This document shows positions 1 to 9,452 of a stretch of 64,000 nucleotides of DNA, piece after piece. A program made the position numbers and the translations under genes. Every line of letters begins with the position of its first letter. The first letter of the stretch is position 1. Source of the stretch: a candidate division FCPU426 bacterium (GTDB taxonomy: Bacteria > Oederibacteriota > PGYV01 > Palsa-1178); NCBI GenBank assembly GCA_963840035.1, contig CAWIXE010000002.1, forward strand, positions 1,088,001 to 1,152,000, read 5' to 3'. Under the pieces are notes generated by a model, which saw nothing but the letters and a program-made list of their open reading frames with translations, was not told the DNA's origin and searched no databases.

Positions 1-1487
1 CCCGCGGTTTCAAACACTTCTGAAGGGCTGTTCCTGAACACGCCCCTGTCTGGCGCGTATATGGCAATCATCCTCAGTATCGAATGGGTCACGGACTCCT
101 GAGGAAAATCCACGCCGGTTAATGAATGCAGCCTGCTGATGCCTCTGCTAAAATAAAGCGACTGCGGAAATATAAGCATTATGTCCTTCCTGTATCCATG
201 CAAACCCTGCATGTACGCAAACGAGAACGAGTTGCAGTCGCCCTCCGAAATAAACGCCGAACCTTCCTCCATGGTCTTCATTTCATTCATCGCAAGGTCA
301 TATCCGATAAAATAACCGGACGAATCATTATTCCCAAAATTCTTCGCCCCCGTAAAAACCACAGCCGCGGTAACCAGCGCCAAAAAAAGAACGTACCGCG
401 TCCTGCTCTTAAAAAGCCCTGCCACATGGATGGCCCCGGAAAAAATGACCGGGGAAAGGATGACCACTGCAGGCATCGCAAAAATATCAACCAGCCTTAA
501 CATGTGGGCCGGGGTGTTGTCATAAAGCACCACAGCAATTGCCACTGCCGCGGCAGTGTATGCGAGCGTGTAAAACAGCATGGCGTTTTTTTTATGCAGC
601 GCGTAGATTCCCGGTAAAATAAGAATGCCGGCGGCGCCGTAACTTCTTAAGAACTCCGCCGCTATGGCTGCGGCTCTGGCAAGAAAACCGCCATTTCTGA
701 CCGATTCAACCGGCATATAATTAAGCCTGAAAACATAGCTGAACATACCCGATACGTTTTTAAAATCACCCCAGACAAACGGGCTTGCCGTCGCATTTCT
801 TAACGCGTAAAAAAGGTAAGGCGAAAGCCCTATTACGAACAATACTGCAGCCCAGATGAAAACCCGCGTATTTGCCTTTTTCCATAGGATAATGGCCGGG
901 TAAAGAGCCACCGGCGCCATCAGGACCATTGTCTGCCAGTGGTTGGCCAGCGAAAGGCCGTATATAAAAGCCGTCATTAAAAAATATTTCAATTTTGGCG
1001 TTTCATGCATGGCCGCGGCGAGGTATATTATCGACAAAATGAAAAACATGTTCAGCATGTAAATGCCGCCTTTTGCCTCTATGGACTGGTTCCAGAACAC
1101 ACAACCTGAGGCGGCTATCAGCACTGCAAGTAATGAAGCCGGTACGCGTATTGGCCATGTTTCAGCACGAGCGCCAGCGGCCTCCTGCCTGAGAAATCGT
1201 TCCGCGATCGCATAGACCATCAAAAGGGACATTACGGACAATAAAATGGCAAGGATATTCATCCTGAAAGCCGGGTTCCCCAAAGGAATGAGCATGGCGG
1301 CTTTTCCCAGCAGGATATAAACCGGGTAACCCGGCGGGTGCGCTGGCGACAGAGTAAATGCGGCTACTGCGATCTCAGGGGAATCATTATTTTTAAATGA
1401 CGGATTAGCCGTTGTAAGGTATGCGAAAAATATTAAAAGCAAGCAAAGCATGGCCGCGGCGTGCGGCAGGTAACGCCTGAGTTTCAT
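1..1487 (-). CDS. DUF2723 (TMEM260-like) GT-C membrane protein; 3' end beyond window
   Basis: Hand translation from ATG at 1487: MKLRRYLPHAAAML...NNDSPEIAVAAFTLSPAHPPGYP, the DSxE...HPPGYP signature. ATGA overlap with upstream stop. Absent from the ORF track, consistent with an ORF running off the window. Confidence 0.85.
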   Translation of the reverse strand, partial: MKLRRYLPHAAAMLCLLLIFFAYLTTANPSFKNNDSPEIAVAAFTLSPAHPPGYPVYILLGKAAMLIPLGNPAFRMNILAILLSVMSLLMVYAIAERFLRQEAAGARAETWPIRVPASLLAVLIAASGCVFWNQSIEAKGGIYMLNMFFILSIIYLAAAMHETPKLKYFLMTAFIYGLSLANHWQTMVLMAPVALYPAIILWKKANTRVFIWAAVLFVIGLSPYLFYALRNATASPFVWGDFKNVSGMFSYVFRLNYMPVESVRNGGFLARAAAIAAEFLRSYGAAGILILPGIYALHKKNAMLFYTLAYTAAAVAIAVVLYDNTPAHMLRLVDIFAMPAVVILSPVIFSGAIHVAGLFKSRTRYVLFLALVTAAVVFTGAKNFGNNDSSGYFIGYDLAMNEMKTMEEGSAFISEGDCNSFSFAYMQGLHGYRKDIMLIFPQSLYFSRGISRLHSLTGVDFPQESVTHSILRMIAIYAPDRGVFRNSPSEVFETA

Positions 1488-3331
1488 TTTGCGGCCTTTA
1501 AGCGCGCAGCGTCAACAGCCTTTAAAAGATTTTCAAATTCGGGCTTAGACCCGTTCTTTTCAGTGTAACGAAGAATCGTGCTTTTTGCCTTTTCATAGTC
1601 CCCGTCCACCATGTAAGCGGTCACAAGATTAGTGTACGCCGCGTCATAATGAGGTGCCACATAAATTGCAAGTTCAAGTTTTTTCAGGCATTCTTCCATA
1701 TTTCCAGTCTGTCCGAGAAGCGCCCCGAGCATATTATTGACCTCGGGGCAGTACGGGTTTATCAGCAGGTCTTCCCTGTAGTTTTTTTCCGCCGACTTCA
1801 GGTCCCCTGCCTTTCTGTACTCTTCAGCCGCGAAATAATACTGCGCCACATCCATCTGGGGACAGAGCTCCACGGGCTTCAAAGCGATAACCTTTTCAAA
1901 GTATCCCAGCGCTTCACTGCCCATGTTCTTTTTGGAGTATGAATCGCCTTTTTTCATGCAAAGGTTAGCCGCCATAGTCCTGCCTTCAGTAACGGCAAAA
2001 AACAGCAGGAGGCACACGGAAAGCGCAAGCAGCGCCGATACCCCGCCTTTTTTTATTATAACCGCTTTGGCTCCGGGATAAAATAATGGCAGGCATAGTA
2101 TTGCCGTAAAAAAAACCAGTGTTGTCGCCGGTATGTTATAGAAAGTATTGAAAAATGCGGCGCCTAAAATAGCGGTTATACCGCTTATGACCCCCGCCAA
2201 TACAGGGCTTAAACCGTCCCTGGCAGCGTAGATCCTGTATCCCATGGCATAAAAAGCGAATATGCCCAAAAGGAAAAAACCAAGGCCCAGAAGGCCGGTT
2301 TCCGAGGCGATAAGCAGGTAATTCTGGTGCGGCATCCATGTCACCACATAATCATACATGTTGTTTTTGCCGTCATTTAAGAGTTTTCCCTGATAAAGCG
2401 GATAATTAAGCCTGAATGACCCGATGCCTTTCCCCATTAAAGGCGAATCTTTTATCATAAGCAGGCTTGATTCCCACATCAGGAGACGGTGAACCAAAGA
2501 GCGTTTCTTTTCAGAAGCAAGCGACTTTATCCTTCCTGAGAAAAAAATTCCGCCTGCCACCGCGGCAATCAGAATTATGATGACAGCCGTTGTCAGGTTT
2601 TTTTTATTCCTTTTTATTTTTTCTTTTATGGGGCGCGGGCTAAAAAGCAAATAAATCACAATAAAAGCTGCGGCGCCTGCCGCAAGCCCAAGATAGGCCC
2701 CTATTACCTTTGTATAATAAATACAAATCAGGTGAAGGGCCAGCCCCGCTATTGAAAGGGCCCTGTACCTGGCGGAATAAACCGCGTAAGACAGGAGCAC
2801 AAACGCTGAAAAAAGGAGTTCCCCCGCGAAGAAATCGGGGTTACCGATTGTCCCCAGCGGCCGTCCCATAAAATTCGTATTCCATGCCATTATATCCATG
2901 TCGAAATGCTGCATGATGCCGTAAAACGACATTATGGAACGCGTGAAGATAATGAAGAATATTATCCTTGAGAATGACTTTTCCGTTGAAATATTATATA
3001 TAAAATAGGCGCCTGCAATGTACAATCCGAGTTCAGCAAGGTATTTAAGCGATATGGAAGTGTTAATGGAAAAAAACACCGATATGAGCGCGGCTGACAG
3101 GTATAAACCAAAGGGTAATAACAACTGGTTGTATTTGAAAACCGCCCTTCCCTCATGATAAGACTTCAGCAGGAACACAAATATCAGCAGCGGGATAAAA
3201 AGCCTGATGACCGCGGTTTGCGCGGGCCCGAAAGGGTCAAAAAACGGCTGGTAAAAAATAAAAGCGGAGGCAAAAACAACGAAATTCAGCAGGTTCCTGT
3301 TGAAAAAACCGGCTATTTTTTGTTTATCCAT
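1484..3331 (-). CDS. O-antigen ligase/O-oligosaccharyltransferase (Wzy_C) family protein with C-terminal TPRs
   Basis: Multiple TM helices, GTIGNPDF, RLLMW..S..MI..SPLMGKGIGSF and PHQNYL motifs, TPR-like tail. Confidence 0.85.
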   Translation of the reverse strand: MDKQKIAGFFNRNLLNFVVFASAFIFYQPFFDPFGPAQTAVIRLFIPLLIFVFLLKSYHEGRAVFKYNQLLLPFGLYLSAALISVFFSINTSISLKYLAELGLYIAGAYFIYNISTEKSFSRIIFFIIFTRSIMSFYGIMQHFDMDIMAWNTNFMGRPLGTIGNPDFFAGELLFSAFVLLSYAVYSARYRALSIAGLALHLICIYYTKVIGAYLGLAAGAAAFIVIYLLFSPRPIKEKIKRNKKNLTTAVIIILIAAVAGGIFFSGRIKSLASEKKRSLVHRLLMWESSLLMIKDSPLMGKGIGSFRLNYPLYQGKLLNDGKNNMYDYVVTWMPHQNYLLIASETGLLGLGFFLLGIFAFYAMGYRIYAARDGLSPVLAGVISGITAILGAAFFNTFYNIPATTLVFFTAILCLPLFYPGAKAVIIKKGGVSALLALSVCLLLFFAVTEGRTMAANLCMKKGDSYSKKNMGSEALGYFEKVIALKPVELCPQMDVAQYYFAAEEYRKAGDLKSAEKNYREDLLINPYCPEVNNMLGALLGQTGNMEECLKKLELAIYVAPHYDAAYTNLVTAYMVDGDYEKAKSTILRYTEKNGSKPEFENLLKAVDAARLKAAK

Positions 3332-3435
3332 TACAGGTTTCCAGCAAGCATCATTAAATCAGCGGTACATTTTAACCCGCAGAAAAGCGCGTATGCGGGA
3401 TAATATTTTTATGACTGATTTTCCGATAAAATACA

Positions 3436-4500
3436 TTACTTTACCCGCGGCCGCTTATGTGATGCCGCACTCATTGTCCGGGAGTCTGGCAGGTTATAAA
3501 AATCGCCTTCATTGATGACTATCCCAGCCGCGCCTATCGCGCCTGCAGTTTCGCCTAACTTTGCCGGGACTATTTTCGCGGCCGCAAAAGTCAGCGCGAA
3601 CGCCTGTTTCCTTACAGCTTCCTTAAGCGGCGCAAAGAGCCTTTCGCCGGCGTTGATTACACCGCCGGCAATGACAACAACTTCAGGGTTTAAAGTGTTT
3701 ATCTGGTTTGCGACTCCCGCTCCGAGGTATTTAATAAACTCGTCCCATACCGCAATTGCTGTTTTATCCTTCTGTATCATGGCTTCAAAAACCGTCTTGG
3801 ATGTTATCTTATTCAGGTCCCCTTTTACAAACTCCGTCATCATGGATCTTGCGCCTTTTCTTATGGCTTCCCGTGCCGACTCCGCTATGGCGGATGCCGA
3901 AGCATACCGTTCAAAACAGCCTTTTGCCCTGCAGTTACATACCCTGCCGTCCGGATTAAGGGACGTATGGCCAATCTCACCCGCGTTATAATTGGCGCCC
4001 CTTACAAGCCTGCCGTTTATGATTATGCCGCCGCCCACTCCCGTGCCAAGCGTTATTCCAACCACATCTGACGCGCCTTTCGCGGCGCCGACCCATTTTT
4101 CGCCATAGACAGCGCAGTTTGCGTCATTGTCCACACCGACCGGAATGCCGAGGTATTTTTCCAGGGTTGCTTTTAACTTTACATATTTCCATCCGGGCAG
4201 GTTGACAGCCCCTATTATGAGCCCCTTTTTAGAATCCATGGGCCCGGGCGATCCTACCCCGGCGCGCCATATATCCCTCATCGTAAGCCCGGTTTCCTTT
4301 ACAAGCTCCTTTACCTTATCAGCCATGTTCTTCATTACATGGTCCGGCCCATGCTCCGCTTCAGTGGGAAAATGGCTCTGGGCTATTACCTTACCTGCCG
4401 TTGTAACAATAACAGCCATCACGTTTGTACCGCCTAAATCTATGCCCAACACGAATTTTTTTGATTTTGACCCTGATTTTTTCGCCATAAAATTATCCAC
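3436..4500 (-). CDS. glk: ROK family glucokinase
   Basis: GIDLGGT, DNDANCA, GTGVGGG, GEIGH and CNCRAKGCFE zinc motif; ATG at 4488 is an alternative start. Confidence 0.85.
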   Translation of the reverse strand: MDNFMAKKSGSKSKKFVLGIDLGGTNVMAVIVTTAGKVIAQSHFPTEAEHGPDHVMKNMADKVKELVKETGLTMRDIWRAGVGSPGPMDSKKGLIIGAVNLPGWKYVKLKATLEKYLGIPVGVDNDANCAVYGEKWVGAAKGASDVVGITLGTGVGGGIIINGRLVRGANYNAGEIGHTSLNPDGRVCNCRAKGCFERYASASAIAESAREAIRKGARSMMTEFVKGDLNKITSKTVFEAMIQKDKTAIAVWDEFIKYLGAGVANQINTLNPEVVVIAGGVINAGERLFAPLKEAVRKQAFALTFAAAKIVPAKLGETAGAIGAAGIVINEGDFYNLPDSRTMSAASHKRPRVK

Positions 4501-4543
4501 CCGCCTGATTTATTCAATGCCGTAATGTAAAAAATTATACCAT

Positions 4544-4597
4544 AAAAAACAAAAGCCAGAAGTAAAATTTTCTTTACTTCCGGCTTTTGTTTTTTTA
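4544..4597. terminator. Bidirectional intrinsic terminator downstream of tRNA-Leu
   Basis: aaaaaacaaaagccagaagtaaa / tttacttccggcttttgttttttt hairpin with A and T tails. Confidence 0.7.
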
Positions 4598-4706
4598 AAT
4601 CCAGCATTCGAAAATCGATAATCGAAAATTGACCGAATCGGCTTCCTGATTATGATTTAATTAATTGTTGCCAATTCTAGGCACCAAATTTTCCCGAGGG
4701 AAAATT

Positions 4707-4791
4707 TGGTGCGAGGAGGGAGACTCGAACTCCCATGGTGTTACCCGCTAGCACCTCAAGCTAGTGCGTCTACCAATTTCGCCATCCTCGC
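4707..4791 (-). tRNA. tRNA-Leu(GAG)
   Basis: GCGAGGATGGCGAAATTGGTAGACGCACTAGCTTGAGGTGCTAG...GTTCGAGTC...CGCACCA; long variable arm, encoded CCA. Confidence 0.97.
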
Positions 4792-4866
4792 ATAACCATA
4801 TCACAAATCCCAAAGCCCAAATCCCAAGGGAGTGCCTTCCCTGAGCTTTGGGCTATGGGGTTTATG
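4792..4866. repeat. Heptamer-periodic imperfect inverted repeat (CCCAAAT/CCCAAAG type)
   Basis: cacaaat cccaaag cccaaat cccaa ... gagctttgggctatggggtttatg. Confidence 0.65.
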
Positions 4867-5280
4867 CTAATCAATTATCCTGTATTCAACCTTATTGCGT
4901 TTCGCCTCAGGAACTCTTATGAAAACTCCCGCTATAAGCGATACCGCGCTAAAAATCAAAGAACCTATGAATGCGCCCCAGAGGCTCTTTACTTCAAACC
5001 CCTTTACCAGCCATCCTGTCGCGAAGAAAATTACCGTGTTTATAACCAAAGTAAACAGTCCAAATGATAATACATTTATGGGTAAAGTCAAGAAGATTAT
5101 TAACGGCCTGATGAAAGTATTTATAAGGCCAATAACCGCCGCCGCGGCCATTAAGACAAGCAGCCCGTGAAAACCCTCGGCGCTTAAGTTAAGCCCTTTT
5201 ACTGTTTTCACAATTATAAAAAGGGCGAATGTGTTTATAACAAACTTTGTAATAAGCGTAAAAAAATTAAAGCGCGCCAA
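4867..5280 (-). CDS. 4-TM phage-holin superfamily IV (YvlD-like) membrane protein
   Basis: IGLINTFIRP...LTLPINVLSFGLFTLVIN signature. Confidence 0.85.
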   Translation of the reverse strand: MARFNFFTLITKFVINTFALFIIVKTVKGLNLSAEGFHGLLVLMAAAAVIGLINTFIRPLIIFLTLPINVLSFGLFTLVINTVIFFATGWLVKGFEVKSLWGAFIGSLIFSAVSLIAGVFIRVPEAKRNKVEYRIID

Positions 5281-5740
5281 TTCCGTAACCGTCCTTCACG
5301 AGCCTTTTATCCGCGTCGCGGAGCCTGTTAACCAGGGCTTTGATGAATATCTCGTTCAGTTTTACGACTATTGAAGGCATTTCCTTTTTGAACGAATTAT
5401 AATCCCTGTCATTGAATCTTATAAGTTTGCACGGCTTGATGGAAACAGCGGAAGCCGAGCGCGGCGCCGGGACAAGCATGGCCATTTCCCCAAAGAACTC
5501 GCCGTCTTTGATATTTGCCAGTACTTTTTCCTCAGCCTTGTTTTTCTTTACTATTTTTATAGCCCCTTCAATGATTATATACATTGAATCATCGCCTATC
5601 TGATTCTCGTTAAATATATATTTCCCGGGCTCAACGTCCTCCGTAATAAGCCTTTCGGAAAACATTTTTATCTCAGCGTCATCAAACCCTTTAAAAAAAA
5701 CGTGTTTTCTAAGGATTGTCTGGTCAACCATTCGCCTCAC
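5267..5740 (-). CDS. Stand-alone cyclic nucleotide-binding domain protein
   Basis: GEFFGEMA...PRSASA phosphate-binding cassette, no HTH. Confidence 0.85.
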   Translation of the reverse strand: MRRMVDQTILRKHVFFKGFDDAEIKMFSERLITEDVEPGKYIFNENQIGDDSMYIIIEGAIKIVKKNKAEEKVLANIKDGEFFGEMAMLVPAPRSASAVSIKPCKLIRFNDRDYNSFKKEMPSIVVKLNEIFIKALVNRLRDADKRLVKDGYGIGAL

Positions 5741-6293
5741 CGCCCTTTTCCAGCAATAAAATATGAGTATCGCCGTATTTTTTATCCTTTAAAACATTAA
5801 AACCGGGCCTTACAAGCCCTGTATCCCCGAGTTCTTCCGAATGAATCTCCGCAACTATCAAACCGTGCGCATCCAAAATATCATTTATCGCTTCCATTTG
5901 CAAGAATATTCGTATCAACCCTTTATTATACGGAGGATCCAGAAATATGATTCCCGCCTTTATACCCTGCGCCTTAAGGTTTTCCGCGGCTTTCCTGAAA
6001 TCCCTGTTAATTATTGAATACTCAGTTTCAGGGACATGGAGCTTATCCGCGTTCTTTTTTATTATCGCGCCTGTCTTATCGTCGACAAAGTATGCTTTTT
6101 TCGCGCCGTTACTTAAGGCTTCAAAGCCAAAAGCCCCTGTTCCCGCAAAAAAATCAAAAACAACCGCTTCCCCCGTGTAAGGCCTTATCATGTTAAATAC
6201 CGCCTGCCTGGTCTTGGCAAGGGTCGGCCTGGTTTCCATAGTTTTGGGGGCGCTTAAAGGAATGCCGCGGTAAATCCCGCTGGTTATTATCAT
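5724..6293 (-). CDS. rsmD: 16S rRNA m2G966 methyltransferase
   Basis: TRPT, DFFAGTGAFGFEALSNGA, DPPY, KYGDT. Confidence 0.92.
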   Translation of the reverse strand: MIITSGIYRGIPLSAPKTMETRPTLAKTRQAVFNMIRPYTGEAVVFDFFAGTGAFGFEALSNGAKKAYFVDDKTGAIIKKNADKLHVPETEYSIINRDFRKAAENLKAQGIKAGIIFLDPPYNKGLIRIFLQMEAINDILDAHGLIVAEIHSEELGDTGLVRPGFNVLKDKKYGDTHILLLEKGGEANG

Positions 6294-6302
6294 TGTTACG
6301 CA

Positions 6303-6338
6303 AAATACCCGATATCCGACATCCGATATCCGATATTC
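6303..6338. repeat. Heptamer tandem repeat (CCGATAT/CCGACAT)
   Basis: ccgatat ccgacat ccgatat ccgatat between corA and rsmD. Confidence 0.7.
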
Positions 6339-6339
6339 T

Positions 6340-7317
6340 CTACAGCCATTTCTTTACTTTAAGGATAATGAATGTGCTCAGCGAAGTTACTATAAGCAGG
6401 CCAAGCATGAATATATATCCCCATATGCCCCATTTAAATTCCGGAAGCTCAAGGTTCATCCCGTAAAAGCTGGTAATTACTGTCATAGGAATGGCTATTG
6501 TGGCAAGTATGGTAAGCCGGTGTATAAGCTGGTTTAATTTTTTTGAAGTCATGCTGTGATAAGATTCTATTAACGACGGCACAACTTCGCGGAGTATTTC
6601 GAGTGTTTCCTGGATATTCGCCACATGATCATATACATCCCTGAAGTATGTGAGGTTGCTTTCTTTGATATATTTTTCCTTTATTACCTTCGCCAGTACC
6701 TGCTTTTCCTGAAATATAAACTTACGCAGTATCAGGATGTTCCTTTTCTGGTGCAGTGTGTCTTCCATAACACCCTTCTGGCGGTCCTCCAGGATCCTGT
6801 CTTCAAGCTCAGCTATGTTATCCTCCAGCTTATCAACTATGGGAAAATACTCGTCCACAAGCGTGTCTATGACCGCGTGCAGGATGGTGTCGGAACTCTT
6901 TCCCATGTGGTATCCCCTGGTCTTATAATCCTCTTTCCTTGCCAGCGCCTGGACCCTGTTAACAAGCTTTGACGTGGAACTTAAACGGGTTTCATGAAAT
7001 GTAATAACATAGTTTTTGCCCAGGAAGATGTTCAGTTCATGCGTGTGTATGGTATGGGCGTATGTAAGGGCATACAGGGTTATAAAAGTATATTTGTCAA
7101 ATTCTTCTATCTTGGCGTGATCCTGAGGCAATATTGCGTCCTCGATGGACAATGGATGGAATTCAAACTCATCAATTAGAAAGTCAATCTCCGCCTCAGA
7201 GGCGTCTTCAAGATCAATCCAGATTGAGGACTTCTTATCCTTGAGATACTGGAGGCTGTCCTGCGGATTGCTAAGTTCAAGGATTTTACCGGATTTAAAG
7301 GCAAAGCCCCTGAACAT
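6340..7317 (-). CDS. corA: Magnesium transporter CorA
   Basis: FHPLSIED, YGMN motif, two C-terminal TM helices. Confidence 0.92.
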   Translation of the reverse strand: MFRGFAFKSGKILELSNPQDSLQYLKDKKSSIWIDLEDASEAEIDFLIDEFEFHPLSIEDAILPQDHAKIEEFDKYTFITLYALTYAHTIHTHELNIFLGKNYVITFHETRLSSTSKLVNRVQALARKEDYKTRGYHMGKSSDTILHAVIDTLVDEYFPIVDKLEDNIAELEDRILEDRQKGVMEDTLHQKRNILILRKFIFQEKQVLAKVIKEKYIKESNLTYFRDVYDHVANIQETLEILREVVPSLIESYHSMTSKKLNQLIHRLTILATIAIPMTVITSFYGMNLELPEFKWGIWGYIFMLGLLIVTSLSTFIILKVKKWL

Positions 7318-7325
7318 TTTTTACC

Positions 7326-7679
7326 CTATCTTTTTTCTGCGCCGGTCTGGCACTTGATGCAGAGTTTGGAGAAAGGTATTACTTTAAGGCGCTCTATGCT
7401 TATGTCCTTGGCGCATTTATCGCACTTGCCGAACCTTCCTTCATCTATCTTATTTAAAGCTTCTTCTATGTCTATGAGGAGCTTTTTATTCTTTTCAGTA
7501 AGATCAAGGTGAAGTTCCTTGTCATAAATATTGGTGGCTGTATCCGCAAAATCCTGGGCATCGTTCTGATAGCCCTCGGCATTATGCATATCCTCTGTAT
7601 TTTGCTTTATCTCGATAAGTTTCGCGTTTTTCATCTCTACGAGAATATCCTTTAACTCTTTCTTCCTTTTTGCATCCAC
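7326..7679 (-). CDS. dksA: DksA/TraR family C4 zinc-finger protein
   Basis: DFADTA coiled-coil tip; CDKC...ERL...P...CIKC. Confidence 0.85.
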   Translation of the reverse strand: MDAKRKKELKDILVEMKNAKLIEIKQNTEDMHNAEGYQNDAQDFADTATNIYDKELHLDLTEKNKKLLIDIEEALNKIDEGRFGKCDKCAKDISIERLKVIPFSKLCIKCQTGAEKR

Positions 7680-7708
7680 CGGTATTTCTCCTCTCGTTTT
7701 TTAGAAAC

Positions 7709-8089
7709 TTAAGCAGTAGTTTTTACTTTCAGGTTCGGGAGGTCAAGCAATCCCCTTTTAAGCTCCATGGTCGTATTTGACTCGGCCTCAAACTCCCTGT
7801 TCAGGTAAAAAAATGAATCCCACGGGTCAACCGTCTGTCCGCAGGTAAAGACATCCACGGCGGCGTATCCGTACTCCGGCCATGTATGTATTGTCAGGTG
7901 CGATTCCTGTATAACAACGACTCCGCTTATTCCATGAGGGTTGAACTTGTGAAATACCTCATCGACAACCGTGGCCTTGGCGTATTCAGCAGCCCCGACC
8001 ATGGTCCTTTCAACAAATTTCAAGTCATCCAGTTTTGATTTATTGCATCCATAAAACTCAACCAGGATGTGTCTACCGAGGTTTTTCAA
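7709..8089 (-). CDS. speD: S-adenosylmethionine decarboxylase proenzyme
   Basis: [26 protein letters not shown] start. Confidence 0.93.
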   Translation of the reverse strand: MKNLGRHILVEFYGCNKSKLDDLKFVERTMVGAAEYAKATVVDEVFHKFNPHGISGVVVIQESHLTIHTWPEYGYAAVDVFTCGQTVDPWDSFFYLNREFEAESNTTMELKRGLLDLPNLKVKTTA

Positions 8090-8134
8090 TTTCTTCTCAC
8101 CCCCGCTGTTCGCGTTATTTTTATTTTAATAGCA

Positions 8135-8200
8135 TTAAAGGCCCTTTAAGGGCCCCGGACTGTAAAGCGCTTCTGTGTAAACTTGTAATGAAATATTCAC
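8135..8200 (-). CDS. Candidate 21-aa leader peptide (uORF) of speD
   Basis: GTG..TAA ORF MNISLQVYTEALYSPGPLKGL between the promoter and speD; no clear SD. Confidence 0.3.
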   Translation of the reverse strand: MNISLQVYTEALYSPGPLKGL

Positions 8201-8216
8201 CTTAAATGTAGATATA

Positions 8217-8245
8217 TTTATACTCTACAGCAATAAATTTGTCAA
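8217..8245 (-). promoter_or_regulatory. Sigma70-type promoter of speD operon
   Basis: TTGACA-17 bp-TATAAA on minus strand. Confidence 0.7.
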
Positions 8246-8371
8246 TAATTTTTTAGGGTTTTTTTGAATTATTTTCATATTTAATAAGAATTATATTGAC
8301 ACCCGGGAATATTTTTCATCCTGCGCAATGGCCGGGATTTGTGATTTGAAATTTGATACAGCCTTAAATAA

Positions 8372-8401
8372 CGGAGGCCCGGGATTTCTCCCGGGCCTCC
8401 G
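8372..8401 (-). terminator. Terminator of por operon
   Basis: Perfect 13-bp stem cggaggcccggga/tcccgggcctccg followed by TTATTT on minus strand. Confidence 0.7.
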
Positions 8402-8432
8402 CGTGTATGTAAAGGGGTAACACGCAATAAAC

Positions 8433-8512
8433 ATTGACGATTGTTGATCGTAAATTTCGGATTAAAAAGTCTGGTCCATTAATCCGCAATCGTCATTCTA
8501 CTATCTTCAATT
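8433..8512. repeat. Heptamer-periodic inverted repeat, family A, copy 1
   Basis: Arms nearly identical to 43541..43617. Confidence 0.75.
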
Positions 8513-8513
8513 A

Positions 8514-9440
8514 CTACGCTTTATTCGTAGCCTCTTCCAGCACAAGGAGCTTATTCCATTTTTCGTCGATGTTCGCCTGGATTGCCGCTATCGTTACATC
8601 GTCCTTTAAAAGGGCTTTGAACCTTGTCTGTGTCTTTAAGTACTCCGTCACAGGCAGCTTTGTGGCTGGTTTGTAGTTAATCTTGTACTTGCCGTTCTCA
8701 ACTTCATAAATCGGCCACATGCAGGTATCAGCTACCAGCTTTGACATCTTTATGGTCATTGAAGTGTCATATCCCCAGCCTGGTATGCACGGCGAGTAGA
8801 TATTGACGAACTTGGCTCCTGTTGTGGCGAAGGCTTTTTCAAATTTCTTTGTCGCGTCCGGCCACATTCCGACCGTGGTCTGCGCCACGTACGGCAGGTT
8901 ATGCGCGGCCATTATGGCCGTTAAGTCTTTCGGGTTCTGCTGTTTGCCGTTGATTACTTTTCCGGCCGGCGCTGTCGTCGTGTTCGCGCCTCTTGGCGTG
9001 GCTGACGACCTCTGCACTCCGGTGTTCATGTAAGCTTCGTTGTTGTAGCAGACATAGAGCATGTCGTGTCCGCGTTCCATGGCGCCTGAAAGGGACTGTA
9101 ATCCGATGTCATATGTGCCGCCGTCCCCGCCGAAAGCCACGAACTTTATGGTCTTGTCTATCTTACCCTGTCTCTTAAGGGACTGATAAGCCCCTTCCAC
9201 TCCCGACATGGTAGCCGCCGAGTTCTCGAACGCGTTATGGAGGAAAGGAACCTTCCATGCCGAGAACGGGAATATCGTGGATGTTACTTCAAGGCATCCG
9301 GTGGCCGAGACTACAACGACCGGGTCCTTGCAGGATGATAATACTTCTTTTATGGCTATAGGGAACCCGCAGCCGGCGCAGGCCCTGTGTCCGCCGATAA
9401 ATTTTGTTTCTACTGCTGCTGCCTGTTTAGGTGATGACAT
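8514..9440 (-). CDS. porB: Pyruvate:ferredoxin oxidoreductase beta subunit
   Basis: GHRACAGCG, GGDGG TPP motif, NEAYMNTG. Confidence 0.93.
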   Translation of the reverse strand: MSSPKQAAAVETKFIGGHRACAGCGFPIAIKEVLSSCKDPVVVVSATGCLEVTSTIFPFSAWKVPFLHNAFENSAATMSGVEGAYQSLKRQGKIDKTIKFVAFGGDGGTYDIGLQSLSGAMERGHDMLYVCYNNEAYMNTGVQRSSATPRGANTTTAPAGKVINGKQQNPKDLTAIMAAHNLPYVAQTTVGMWPDATKKFEKAFATTGAKFVNIYSPCIPGWGYDTSMTIKMSKLVADTCMWPIYEVENGKYKINYKPATKLPVTEYLKTQTRFKALLKDDVTIAAIQANIDEKWNKLLVLEEATNKA

Positions 9441-9452
9441 TTTATCGTCTCC

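Noticed and set aside
4867..5280. Prophage suggested by a holin-family gene next to a tRNA
   Set aside because: This 4-TM family is commonly chromosomal; no integrase, att duplication or structural genes
8159..8175. LacI/CcpA-like operator around AAGCGCTT
   Set aside because: Only the 8-bp core is palindromic
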